Assembly (NCBI GenBank): GCA_964016885.1
Contig: OZ024741.1
Span: 212,102,001-212,166,000, forward strand
Direction of reading: 5' to 3'
DNA: 64,000 nucleotides
From: Eledone cirrhosa
Taxonomy: Eukaryota
Numbering within the stretch: position 1 is the first letter of the stretch; every line of letters begins with the position of its first letter. Below, one piece after another: positions 12,690 to 25,961 of the stretch. Both the position numbers and the translations under genes were made by a program. The notes beneath the pieces are model-generated. The model was not told the origin of the DNA. It searched no databases and saw only the letters and a list, made by a program, of their open reading frames with translations.

Positions 12690-13074
12690 TGTCCTTTCGT
12701 ATCTCACTTTCCTTCTATGTCTCTTCTAGTGTATAAATGATAACCAAAGTATTAGATTTAGAGCTACAGTTATCGTTTTACGTCCGGAGTGACACATTCA
12801 CCATTATTCCAGCCTAACCATGAATCAACACCAACAAGATAGATATGTTATAGAAATACAATTCATTAGCAATTTAACAACATCCTTTGTAAAACATTTC
12901 TCAACTACCAGACACAACTATAACGTTAGTCTGGGGCTCTATCGTCTGCTCCTATCGTCTGCTCACAGTCCTTTAATAGTTACATATTCTTCCTTCATTA
13001 ATATATCCATGAGTGTCTTAATGTTACTGAAGAAACACAAAATAACGACATCACAATCAAGAAATCTAGCATTC

Positions 13075-13455
13075 TGGGTGGATTGGCAGAATCAGTAGAG
13101 CGTCGGACAACATGCTTCGCAGCGTAGAGTTACGGCCTTGCGTCCTAGGGTCAAATCTCACCGAGGTTAGCTTTGGCTTTCATCCTTACGGGGACGATAA
13201 ATAAAGCAGATGTAATGCACAGAGATCGATTGAATTGATTTCCCTTCCCCAAAAATTGCCGGCCTTGTGCTTAAATCAGAAAACATTATTACTAACTCTT
13301 AGTAATAATGTTTTCATAGTTACGTCCCTTTACGATCTGAGTTCAAATCCCGCCGAGGTTGACTTTGCCTTTCATACTTACGGGGTCGATAAAATAAAGT
13401 ACCAGTAATGCACTGGTTAATTGCTGGCCTTGTGCCTAAAGTAAAAACAATTATT
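13075..13455 (+). mobile_element. Two adjacent SINE S1 copies (second one 5'-truncated)
   Basis: S1 consensus motifs at 13075-13290 and 13315-13455. Confidence 0.8.
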
Positions 13456-13671
13456 ACTAACTCTTAAGCTTGTTACATCTACCATAAATTATATGTGACT
13501 GACTCAATACCAATGGTGAGTTGCGAATCAACATAAACTTTTGGTCATTACTAACTCTTATGTTTGTTACTGATTAACATATTTCGAAATAGAAAAGAAA
13601 AAGTTAAGCTTATAAGGCCAGAGAACGGCGTACGTTGGTGCATCTTGTCAGCATTATATGTAGATATGTAG

Positions 13672-13865
13672 AGGGCGGTGGATTGGCAGTATTGGTAGAG
13701 GGACGGACGCCATGCTTTGAAGCATAGAGTTACCTCCCTTTATGATCTGAGTTCAAATCCCACCGAGGTTAACTTTGCCTTTCATCCTTACAGGGTCGAT
13801 AAAATAAAGTACCAGTAATACACTAGGATAATTGCTGGCCTTGTGCCAAAAGTAGAAACAATTAT
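13672..13865 (+). mobile_element. SINE S1, full length
   Basis: agggcggtggattggcagtattggtaga...gagttcaaatcc...aagtagaaacaattat. Confidence 0.85.
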
Positions 13866-14695
13866 ATGTAGATATGTATGTATGTACTTCACTACTGTAC
13901 CTACGATAAATATCTACCATAAATTAAATGTGACGTATTACCTCTCACGAGGTACGAACTAACGAAGCCACAATAAAAAATCTTATATTCCTTTCATGTC
14001 ATCATTATTAACATTTAAGCACATCTCTGACAAAGAAAATATTTGATACAAAATAAAAGAAAAGTATATATTTATTGGGATAGTGAACGAGGTAAGTTGG
14101 TGTGTCATGTCATCGCTAAATATAAACTTTTATAGGTGAACTTCATTCATATATGTAACGTACACATCATCAACTATGGGAAGGGGAGATAAATGCGAGC
14201 GGATACTTTGAAAATATTTCCTTTTTTTTTTCTTTTCTTCTTCCCTTAAACCAAGCTAATCTACACTGCATAAACCAGCTTTGTAAGAAATAAAAACAGA
14301 TAACCTTTCCTTCGTTTTAATCAGATTAGCCGAAAGGTATGTACGGATCGATATGCAGTTTTTCCTTTGATCTTTCGGTATGGATAGGTAGTTGCATGCA
14401 TTCAAACGGTGTTGGTATTCAGTTACACACAGTTACTCAGGAAGAAGATGGATGACCATAATAGTTTCATCGATTTCACGGTAATTAATAGCAGATAGCG
14501 AGGAGACGCTGATCGATCTATTGATCAATATATATCAGTGGGGATGGAGAGGGTGCACGTAAACTATCGATCGAACTACGCACAACTATCACACAGACAT
14601 ACGAACCATACATACACAGAGGCACACATGCATACACGTAGATGTGCACATATATGAGTATACATACGTATACACATACACACACACAGACTCAC

Positions 14696-14759
<64 letters not shown>

Positions 14760-15455
14760 GGGGGGAGAGAGAGAGAGGGGGAGAGAGAGAGGGAGAGAGA
14801 GAGATAACGAGAGAGAAAGAAAGAAAGAGAGAGAAAGAGAGATACATATACACATATGTAGATATCTATCTATATATACATAGAGACCTACATATATATA
14901 AATATATACATACATATATATACATATGTATATATATATATATCCATACACACACACACGTGTGCACACACACACAAACATATATACACGCACATATATA
15001 TATATACATGCGTACACATACACATATAGATAAATCAGTGAAACTGTTGTGCCGTATTATTTATGAGATAGGTGTTTATTGTATTTGGATAACTCAGGGA
15101 CGAAACCTTGGGTGGTTTTTAAAGTTGATGCCAACATCATTTGTGCAATGTTGATGGAATATTTCCTGCCTCATGATGTACCACATAGGGAGCCAATGAA
15201 GAGAGGGTTTGAGATGTGTTGGTCGACTCCAGTTGTCATGATCTGTCGCGCCGTCTACCATTTTGACATCTGGTGTGTTTCGATTTTCATAATAGTTTGT
15301 TTCGAGTAAGAAAACGACAGTGGACAACAGTATTCAAAGTGAGGCCGGACAAAGGTAGAGAAGAGAAGGATAATAGTGTGGATACCTCTCGACCGGAAAG
15401 TTCTATGAATTCACGACCACATTCTACATATATATATTCCGTCATTAACATAACA

Positions 15456-15544
15456 GATGTCTGAGGAGCTTTTGATTCCAGTGTTGGGCTTGATCGATGG
15501 AGATCGAACCTTGAGCTGATCAATTGCGAAACGCGCGTCACGCC
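15456..15544 (+). ncRNA. Type I hammerhead motif with long stem II insertion
   Basis: tgt CTGAGGA gc...(ttgatt/gatcaa)...gc GAAA cgcgc GTC acg; palindromic cgcgcg stem III; AATAAA follows. Confidence 0.65.
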
Positions 15545-15681
15545 TGAATAAACTTAATGAAATTTGACACCTCCTCCATACTCATTATTATTATTGCACT
15601 CTGCTTAGTATAACCCCAAAGTACATACTGGAGATTGTGTCTCGAGGGATCACTAACAGTAACTTGACGTTACAATTCCTA

Positions 15682-15715
<34 letters not shown>

Positions 15716-15718
<3 letters not shown>

Positions 15719-15905
15719 CGAAGAAGGTGTGGTAAGGAACCAGATGGACCATAACGCACCAGAGTACTCAATACTTAGGATAGTAGAGTGGGTAATAGCA
15801 AAATGTTTAACCCCGACGGCAGAGGTCAAGCCGTTCCGACGGCTATTTCTGGAAATAGTCTTCGAAACGGCTTGAGCTCTGCCGTCGGGGTTAAACATTA
15901 TCCTA
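15716..15905. mobile_element. Fold-back mini-element, same family as 9661-9860
   Basis: aatgtttaaccccgacggcagag...ctctgccgtcggggttaaacatt arms; same ~75 nt leader as 9661; (TA)n flanks. Confidence 0.75.
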
Positions 15906-15908
15906 TAT

Positions 15909-15984
<76 letters not shown>

Positions 15985-15994
15985 ATAATATTAA

Positions 15995-16140
15995 TGAAAA
16001 CTAAAATCCAAAGAGGGCTCGATAAGCATAAATATATATAAAAAATATAAGAACCTAGTGCAAATATTTATTAAACAGATTAAAGTTTAAGCAAAAGAAA
16101 CCACCGATTCTTTGCTTAAACTTTAATCTCTTATTTTAAT
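15995..16140. repeat. Dispersed repeat family P, palindromic copy
   Basis: ctaaaatccaaagagg...agattaaagtttaagcaaa..tttgcttaaactttaatct; also at 38955-39165, 49060-49225 and 52598-52805. Confidence 0.75.
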
Positions 16141-16289
16141 ATATATATATCCGTATGTGGTTGACGGCTGAGAGAAAGGAGTACTCAATACCGAAGTAGA
16201 GTGTTAATATTAATTCATATTAAGGCTAAAAAGTGTGTTTTCTTACACTGGTGTCTCGTCTGTTAATCACAGAGTCATCAGAGACGAGT

Positions 16290-16339
16290 TCCTGTCTGAT
16301 GACCTCATGATAAACAGGTAAAACTCCAAAGTTACGGGA
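16290..16339 (+). ncRNA. Degenerate hammerhead-like motif
   Basis: tcctgt CTGATGA cct...agg t aAAA ctccaaag TT acggga; G12 is mutated. Confidence 0.45.
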
Positions 16340-16364
16340 CTCACATTTAGTCTTAATATAAATG

Positions 16365-16825
<461 letters not shown>

Positions 16826-16826
16826 T

Positions 16827-16899
<73 letters not shown>

Positions 16900-17287
16900 A
16901 ACATTTACCTAACATATTTACATAGATGCCCATTCGTGAAAAGGGTGTAGAAGCAACCAAAGACGACGTATACACTCATGTTCAGTTCAACTATACATCT
17001 ACACCTGAATTTTCATCACGTTACATCCATACATCAAACCTTAGATTCATATATACATACTGGGAACTGTATCAACCATAAACTATTGTTGCATTTATTT
17101 ACACATCACGTGCACGAATACATACTCCGCAACAGCATACACACTACACATACGTGTGTTTATATAAATATACTCAAGCACATAGAAAAATACCTACATA
17201 CAAATATGTCGATCTATATACATAATGTGTGTGTATGTATGTGTAGCTTTCTCCCTTTCCAGCTCTCTCTCTCTTTATCTCTCTCTC

Positions 17288-17322
<35 letters not shown>

Positions 17323-17440
17323 TATAATATATATATGAGAGAGAGATAAAGAGAGATGTGAAGAGGGGAAGCTATGTATATATATATATATATATATGAA
17401 AGAGAGAGATGGAAAGAGAGAAAGATATATATATATATAG

Positions 17441-17523
<83 letters not shown>

Positions 17524-17548
17524 TGAGAGAGAGAGATTTCTCTCTTTC

Positions 17549-17584
<36 letters not shown>

Positions 17585-17685
17585 GAATGTAATGGACCAC
17601 CTGGTTGTGATTCGTGCATTCAAATTTGCCTCCAAGCTCTTAATACAGATCTTACATTGTACCCCATGCCTTTATCCCTCGAACG

Positions 17686-17791
<106 letters not shown>

Positions 17792-17792
17792 G

Positions 17793-17867
<75 letters not shown>

Positions 17868-18244
17868 ATGTGCGTATGTGTGTGTGCGTGTGTGTGTGTA
17901 TCTTTGTGTTCATGTATGTACAAATGCATGCATATGCGTATATCTATGTATATATATGTATATTTATGTATGTATACAAGCAGCCTTGCATATATGTTGC
18001 ATATATATTTGTATTTAAGTATTTATCTGCGTTTGCATATGAAATAGTTTTATATATGTAAATTTTGTACCATGTACACTCGTAAATACGTCAGCCTTTT
18101 ACTTAAGAAACTGATATAAAATTACACCTGTGTGTTATCTGCCGTAATTTGCTTGAAATTTAGTATCACACACATCTCCTGTATAACACACACTCACTGC
18201 CAGATGACTGATTTTGTCAAGTGAGTTTGGTTACATTATTGGCA

Positions 18245-18820
18245 TGGATTGGCAGTATCGGTAGAGGGTCGGACGCCATGCTTTCCAGCATAGTTACGTC
18301 CCTTTACGATCTGAGTTCACATCCTGCCGAAGTTGACTTTGCCTTTCATCCTTCCGGGGTCGATAAAATAAAGTACCAGTAATGCAATGGGTAATTGCTG
18401 GCCTTGTGCCTAAAGTAGAAACAATTATTGGCATTATCAGTAGAGGGCGGTGGATTGGCAGTATCGGTAGAGGGTCGGACGCCATGCTTTGCAGCATAGA
18501 GTTACGGCCCTTTGCGGTCTTATTTCAAATTCCGCCGAGGTTAACTTTGCCTTTCCTCCTTACGGGGTCGATAAAATAAACTACCAGTAATGTACTGGAT
18601 AATTGCTGGCATTGTGCCAATAGTAGAAACAATTATTGGCAGTATCATTAAAGGGTCGGCCCCATGCTTTGCAGCATAGAATTACGTCCCTTTACGTTCT
18701 GAGTTCAAATCCTGTCGGGGTTAACTTTGCCTTTCATCCTTACGGGATCGATAAAATAAAGTACCAGTAATGTACTGGGTTATTGCTGGCCTTGTGCCAA
18801 CAGTAGAAACAATTATTATT
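18245..18820 (+). mobile_element. Three tandem SINE S1 copies
   Basis: S1 head and body recur at about 18245, 18443 and 18637. Confidence 0.85.
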
Positions 18821-18954
18821 TGTATGGTATGTATGGACTCAAAACCCTTGATTGAGTGCTACTGGTACCCATCGTTACATAGAGCGTTTCGTGAGAATTT
18901 GAAACATGGCGGGTCTCATCCCATCTCACGGTTTGAATACAGTGGATTTCTTCC

Positions 18955-19460
18955 AGAGGAGAGAGAAAGTGAGAAAGTGAGGAAGTGAGAAAGAGAGAAA
19001 AGGAGGAGCGAGAAAGGAAAAGAGTGGGACAGATAGGAGAGAGGGGAAGTGTGTGGGGGAAGTGAGGAGGTGAGAAAGAGAGCGAGTGAGAAAGAAAGGG
19101 AGTGAGAAAGAAAGGAGAGAGAAAGAGAGGAGAGAGAAAGGGGGAGTGAGACAGAGACGAGAGAGAGAGGGGAGAGAGAAAGAGAGGAAGTGAGAAAGAG
19201 AAGGAGTGAGAAAGAGAGGTAGTGAGAAAGATAGAAGAGAGAAAGAGAGAAACAGTGAGAAAGTGAGGTGGTGGGAAAGAGAGGGAGTGAGAAAGTGAGG
19301 AGAGAGAAAGGGGGGTGAGAAAGTGAGGAAGTGAGAAAGAGAGGGGGTGAGAAAGAGAAGGAGTCAGAAAGAGAGGGAGTGAGAAAGAGAGAAAGTGAGA
19401 AATAGAGAGAGTGAGAAAGAGAGGGAGTGAAAAAGAGAGGAAGTGAGAAAGAGATATAGA
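18955..19460. repeat. Purine-rich degenerate ~20-bp minisatellite (gtgagaaagagaggga-like)
   Basis: Direct reading. Confidence 0.8.
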
Positions 19461-20074
19461 GGAACAGGCCACTTCAGTACTTGACTGGTATTTATTTTTA
19501 TCGAACTCGAACGGATGAAGGCAAATCTGACGTGGGTGGGTTTTGAACTGAGAATGCAGAAGGTTGGAAAGATTTCCGGAAAACGTTCTGTCCGAAGTTC
19601 TAATGGGTGTCATTCGTCGACTCTATTTATATGTTTCAGATGTATATTTCTAATTTAGATGCAAGGCCAGAAAATGTTGGGGAAAGGTACCAAACCTAGT
19701 TATTGATTGGTACTCATCGAGCTATGGTTGATAAATTGGCTTCGCAATCATTATATATATATATCTGTATACACACATACACACCCTTGTATTAACATAC
19801 TTTTGCTCATAACTTCGTACTTACATGCACACACACTCTTTTACTCACATATATACACACACTTTTCTTCTTAGCTTCGTACGGACGTATAATAACACAT
19901 ACACAAACACACACAGACACACGCACACAGTCAAACACATGCTGACGCACCTGCACAAGTATAGCTCCTTTTACTAAACGTTTTTTTTTCCATTTCAGGT
20001 AGACGCGCTCCATCATCCACTGTTCTAAAAAATAAATCATACACAAAACGCCAACACCAATAGTTTTCCAAGAG

Positions 20075-20295
20075 ATGTCAACATGAATGGACCTGTTATT
20101 TTTATCTAAAGACATGTTTTCCAATTCCATCCCGCCCGTCCAATCTATCTTATTTCTCATTCTTTCTTTAGATGAAGGACAAGCGTCCGAAACTTTAAGA
20201 CCCTCTTCCTGCTATATCAAGCGTTAACCTAACCTAATGTATACCTTCCATATACTGTACCGATTGTGTTGTTATTTCTGTTTACCTTTTACATA
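20075..20295 (+). mobile_element. HHR-carrying repeat, copy of 16505-16727
   Basis: Degenerate HHR at 20165-20200: tctt taGATGA a ggac-aagc-gtcc GAAA ct TT aaga. Confidence 0.65.
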
Positions 20296-20301
20296 TATAT
20301 G

Positions 20302-21018
20302 TACTATACGAACATGCCAGACAACAACACGACGGTAACATAGACACCATAGAAATTAGAATAATATCTAAACAGAGAAATGACCCAGCAGATAGGCAAA
20401 TCAGAGAGGCCAGTGAAATCGAACTTAGAAGGCCAAGGCTAAACAGAAAAAAATAAATGGATTGACAACTCCCAAACAAACAGCACTGACCTAAGATAAG
20501 TATAAATAAATAAATAGATAAATAAATAAATACATACACAAGCACAATAACAACAAACACATACAAACACACACTAGTAAAGATATAATACATTAACCAA
20601 TATACAGTTACCCAAACACGAACACACATCAAACAAAACACTATACACACACGCAAACGCATGCGCAAAGAAGACAAAAAAATAAAATAAACGAATAAAT
20701 AAATATATAAACAGACTAAAAAAAGATGGCGTAGACATACATACAATGCAACGGGAGGAAACAATAGCACCACTGACGATGTTGCAGATGTGCAACGAAA
20801 GAACTTTGATTGACTATATATATGTGTTTGTGTCTATATTGATTCTGTATTTTTGACCGTTGGTCAGTCAATGGCAACATTGAGGACCGAATAAATTAAA
20901 ATTAAATTAACCGATATAAAAGACACAGAATCGAAAACCAACCAAACAGTGAGTGTGTTCTGTTATTAATTCTGGCAATATTACACAAATATGACCGTTC
21001 CCAAGTATAACAATATAT
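20302..21018 (+). mobile_element. 3' fragment of lineage A PLE (endonuclease C-terminus plus 3' UTR, HHR-like motif at 20771-20808)
   Basis: Encodes YEHARQQHDGNIDTIEIRIISKQRNDPADRQIREASEIEL; UTR colinear with 62287-63021; TA at both ends. Confidence 0.9.
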
Positions 21019-21204
21019 ATATATATAAATAGTAGAAAGGAAAAAGATTTTTTCAGTAGAAGATATTGAAGAGATTTTTTTCAGTGAAAGATCAACACAT
21101 TAAGTTATTTACAATGCCGGTTTCAGCATTAAATGCATTGTTAATTGCGGATATGCAGAATACTGTTAAGTTGCATATTTGTACAAATGGTGAAAATAAT
21201 ATTA

Positions 21205-21340
21205 ATAATTGTTTCTACATTTGGCACAAGGCCAGCAAATATCCAGTACATTACTGGTACTTTATTTTATCGACCCATAAGGATGAAAGGCAAAGTTATC
21301 CTCGACGGGGTTTGAACTCAGACCGTAAAGGGACGTAACT
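21205..21340 (-). mobile_element. SINE S1, 5'-truncated
   Basis: Reverse complement of the S1 body. Confidence 0.8.
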
Positions 21341-21450
21341 ATGATAATAATAATAAAAACAGTGAGGAGGAAGAAAAATTAATTTTCACATACATGTTCA
21401 TTCAGAGAAGAAAGTCAATTTCTCTGTCCATCCTTCTCTGCTAATGGCTT

Positions 21451-21522
<72 letters not shown>

Positions 21523-21535
21523 TATATATATATAC

Positions 21536-21679
21536 AAAGCCATTAGGATTTTGCTAAACTTGAGAGCCACTTCCGCTTGCCTTAACTCAAAGACTGAGAT
21601 CTTCAGATGCTGTCCTCATCTGAAATCGCATCTGATCTGTAACTGGATTGACACTCCTACGATAAATCAACCGCCTTGA
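21536..21679 (+). pseudogene. Last ~47 codons of a lineage C-like GIY-YIG domain, not in the ORF track
   Basis: Hand translation ...CLNSKTEIFRCCPHLKSHL...PP*, matching LINLRTEFFGTCRH and LNLRNNLFSCCRH elsewhere in the window. Confidence 0.6.
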
Positions 21680-21922
21680 ACTCCTTCTCTGCTCTTTACT
21701 TTTGCTACGGTTTTACTTTGCTGATTCTACCTTCTGTACTCTTGTATATTTAAAATTTTTTTTTTCTCCCTTACCTCCCCTTATATTTTTACCTCCTCTT
21801 AGCCCCCCCCCATATATTCTTTTTGTTTTGCCCTTCACATACCTATGTGTATGTGTATGTATTTTTGTGTGTATATATATATATGTGTATATATGTATAT
21901 ATGTACGTGTATGTTTGTGTAT

Positions 21923-22010
<88 letters not shown>

Positions 22011-22019
22011 ATGTATATG

Positions 22020-22051
<32 letters not shown>

Positions 22052-22126
22052 CGTGTCTGTATGTGTGTATATAATTGTATATTTGTGTGTGTATATGTAT
22101 GTATATGTGGATAAACCAGGCTTTTT

Positions 22127-22184
22127 TTCACTCTGAAGATTGAAGGAAACTTTTTTTGCTTTTAAGAAACCTCTGGTGAATGGA
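22127..22184 (+). ncRNA. Degenerate hammerhead motif (GUG at the cleavage triplet)
   Basis: ttcact CTGAAGA ttgaagg...cttttaa GAAA cctctg GTG aatgga; copy of 23501-23558. Confidence 0.5.
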
Positions 22185-22644
22185 TTAATTGCCTTGTATG
22201 GCTTTATTACTTTACTACTATATATACGTTTATGTAAGGTTCATTTGTCTTATCTAATACTGAGCTTTACACATACACACATGTATATGTGTGTGTGTAT
22301 GTGTATGCATGTGTGTATGTGTACGTGTATGTGTGTATATATATATATATATATGTATGTATATATATATATATATATGTATGTATATGTATATATGTAT
22401 ATATGTATATGTATATATGTGTATATGTATGTGTATGTATGTATATGTGTGCGTGTGTATTTATTTATTTTTATGTATGTGTGGGTTTGTGTGTGGGTGT
22501 GTGTGTGTATGTGTGTGTGTTTGTATTTGGTTGTGCGTTCTTTTGATATATACGTATTTGCATGTGTATAATTGTTTAGCTATGTATGTATATGTGTGTT
22601 TACGTATTTATATGTGTGTGTGCGTTTATATTTTTATATTTTTG

Positions 22645-22703
<59 letters not shown>

Positions 22704-23085
22704 ATATAATTACATATACATGTGTGTGTTTATATTATATACGTGTACGTGTTTGTGTATGTATGTGTATGTACGTGTTTATGTATTTGTATATGTATAT
22801 TTATGTGTGAGAGTGTGTGTATGTGTTTACTATTTCGTACGTATGTATATGTGCTTTTGTGTGTATTACTTACCACGCGTGTCTGTCCTGTTAGCTGGGG
22901 CATGTATCGCTGTCAAAAATTTGTTAATATATATTTATATATTTTTTTCTTATATTTATTTGCGTGTGTGAATATGTGGTGGAGTGCATTCATGTATGTG
23001 TATGTATGTACGTTGTATGTTTGTGTGAATGTATGTATGTGTGTATATATATGTGTGTGTGTATGTGTATGCTTGTACACACACA

Positions 23086-23169
<84 letters not shown>

Positions 23170-23192
23170 TGTATATATATGTGTGTGTGTGT

Positions 23193-23223
<31 letters not shown>

Positions 23224-23500
23224 AATGTATGTATGTGTATATATGTGTATGTGTGTGTAGGTGTACGCTCTTTATATATATATATATATATATATATGTG
23301 TATATGTATATGTGTATGCGTACATTTATATATATGTATATATGTATGTGTGTGTAAGTATGCTTTTGTGTTTTTTTTGTGTGTGTTTGCACGTGTAGTT
23401 TTATTTTATTTTTCCTTTCCTTCTCCCTTTTCCAGCCTCACTTTCATATAGATTGCATTTTTGTTTTTAGAATCCATATTCAATAAACAAACCAGGATTT

Positions 23501-23558
23501 TTCATTCTGAGGATTGAAAGCAAAACCTTTTGCTTTTAAGAAACCACTGGTAAATGGA
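23501..23558 (+). ncRNA. Type I hammerhead ribozyme motif
   Basis: ttcatt CTGAGGA ttgaaagcaaaa-cc-ttttgcttttaa GAAA ccactg GTA aatgga. Confidence 0.8.
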
Positions 23559-23662
23559 ATAATTGCCTTATGTTGTTTATTACATAATAATAATAATTAA
23601 GCTCTGTTGCATACATAGAGCACTCTTTTTTCCTGGACTTTTCCGATGGAATTACTTCACAT

Positions 23663-24487
23663 ATATATATATGAATTAGAACCCTGTAACCATTAAGCTC
23701 TAAGTATAAAGTACAAATAAATACTGAGCCGATTAACAATATATAGTAAGAAACACAGTAAACCGTGTGTCTAAAATTACAAGGGTTGAAAAACCACATA
23801 TGCTTGAAATATTTAACCAAGAAACAGACAGGATGACAAAATGAAAATAGAAATATATTATCATAATACAAACCGCCTCAATAACCATTATATCTCTCGG
23901 ACAGATAATCCCTAATCTGTTTCGCCCCGAGTGTGTTTGTAACAGATAATCCTGGGCTTCATCAGCGAGAGATTACAATTAAATGTCACAAACACTATTT
24001 GCCAACGTTCACACAGAAAGATGAATTTATCACCTCGTGCGCCGCCAGTCAAACGTGGTAAGCGCGTATTGAACAGAAATAACAGTCCAACACGCACAAC
24101 TTAATAGCTCATCCTGTAAGAGAGCCGAAATATATATATGAATTAGAACTCTGTAACCATTAAGCTCTAAGTATAAAGTACAAATAAATACTGAGCCGAT
24201 TAACAATATATAGTAAGAAACACAGTAAACCGTGTGTCTAAAATTACAAGGGTTGAAAAACCACATATGCTTGAAATATTTAACCAAGAAACAGACAGGA
24301 TGACAAAATGAAAATAAAAATATATTATCATAATACAAACCGCCTGGCGGTTTGTATTATGATAATATATTTCTATTTTCATTTTGTCATCCTGTCTGTT
24401 TCTTGGTTAAATATTTCAAGCATATGTGGTTTTTCAACCCTTGTAATTTTAGACACACGGTTTACTGTGTTTCTTACTATATATTGT
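23663..24487 (-). mobile_element. Non-coding 467-bp terminally redundant unit with fold-back end, family R3
   Basis: Direct repeats 23671-23878 and 24138-24345; palindrome centred at 24345 extending to 24487; HHR-like motif at 23906-23975 on minus (CTGATGA a gccc...gggc GAAA). Confidence 0.75.
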
Positions 24488-24510
24488 ATATATATATATA
24501 TATGAAAAAG

Positions 24511-24640
24511 TAAGTCCTTCATCAGTGGCCTTCCAACCGTCCGAGGCATTTCATCACTTTAAAGGCCATATACTTCAGGTTGGTGCGAACAACGGCTAAA
24601 AAAAGTCGTTGGGACACGTAAATAAAGGGGACGCTGGGGT
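24511..24640 (-). repeat. Dispersed repeat with a truncated HHR core; related copy at 51685-51800
   Basis: gtccttcatcagtg..ttccaacc..atttcatc.ctttaaa..gttggtgcga shared by both copies; both cut just after CTGATGA-agga. Confidence 0.6.
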
Positions 24641-25554
24641 GAACAAACAAAATGGTTTAAGCAACAGAAAGTGAGAAGAAAGAGACAAGTCCCAGATTTC
24701 TATGAATATAAACTCGGTGAAATCGTGAACGAGAGACTAAAGACCATCAAACCTGGTTGACATGTGAGCAAGGAAGGAATTTCGCACAGGTCTAACGGGA
24801 GGAAGAAGGGGTCTGGTCTGCGAATTCGGTAAACATAAGTTCTGTGAAGTCGCAGACGAGAGAGAGAGAATAAAAATTCATACCGGCTTGGCCAAGAGCG
24901 CGCGAGAAAAGAATTCGGACAGGTCAAACGGGAAGAAAGAGGAGGAGGAGAAGAGGTGGTGACAGAGAATGAGTGAGTGAAAGTTGAGGAAGAGGCTAAC
25001 ATATAGACAGAGACTGCTAGAAAGGGTAAAGATACAAAGAACGAAACAGACAGGTGGCAGCAGAGGAAAAGATATATGTGTAAAACGGCACCCCACGAGC
25101 AGCAGAGCAGAATCGACGATAAGCTGTACACACCGATTTAAAATATCCTTCTCCAGTTGGAATAAGAATGGGGTGCAAAAAAACCATAAACCGGATCGCC
25201 ATGCACCAAACTTTAACACCCCGACGGGTAGGCGCTGCAAAAGACATCCGGAAACTAACCATGCATCCCAGACCCGGCACAAATTGTCCCAGGCGGGCAG
25301 ACGCAGCAAGCAAAAATCTGGTAAATAACGTTGCATACCTGATACTGTGCGTATCGACAATGGTAAAGCTGCAACTACAAAGAAATGACGGATAAAAAGT
25401 CACATGGAGAATTGCTGCTCTAACACCGGTTAGAGTTATCTCCCTTGACCTACTGCAAAATCAATACATGTTTTGTTACGAAGAATGAACTTCTGACGTG
25501 AACTTATTTCTAAAAACCCATTCCGGGTCATGTAAGGAACGCTTATTAATTTTT

Positions 25555-25591
25555 ATGCCCTTGAGAAGCCTTTCGGGCGAAACGTAAGTAT
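25555..25591 (+). ncRNA. Candidate minimal hammerhead with U3-A8 core
   Basis: atgccc TTGAGAA gcc-tttcg-ggc GAAA c GTA agtat; stem I is imperfect. Confidence 0.4.
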
Positions 25592-25646
25592 GTACTATTT
25601 TAAATAAACATATTTTAACGGTTTGTTCTCCTTTATATATATTTCT

Positions 25647-25717
<71 letters not shown>

Positions 25718-25722
25718 ACATA

Positions 25723-25916
25723 CACGAGGGGGTGGTGAAAAATTCCTGGATTTAAGGGAATTTAAGAGGCCTGTTTCAAGGTATTTTTACAGGGCTTAGA
25801 AAAACTGAAGTGGCGCTACAATAAGTATGCGAATCTAAGAGAAGAATATGTTAAATAAAGCCATAATTAACTATATTTTCTTTTACCCAAGGCCAGGAAA
25901 TTTTCGGCACCTCGTC

Positions 25917-25919
<3 letters not shown>
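25723..25919 (+). mobile_element. Mariner-derived MITE
   Basis: Imperfect TIRs cacgaggggg.tg.tgaaaaattcctgg / ccaggaaattttcggcacctcgtcgtg; TA flanks; internal LEKLKWRYNKYANLREEYVK* resembles a mariner transposase C-terminus. Confidence 0.7.

Positions 25920-25961
<42 letters not shown>

Noticed and set aside
24640-25480. GC-richer region with several overlapping ORFs
   Set aside because: No recognisable domain; probably a decayed retroelement. BLASTx would be needed.
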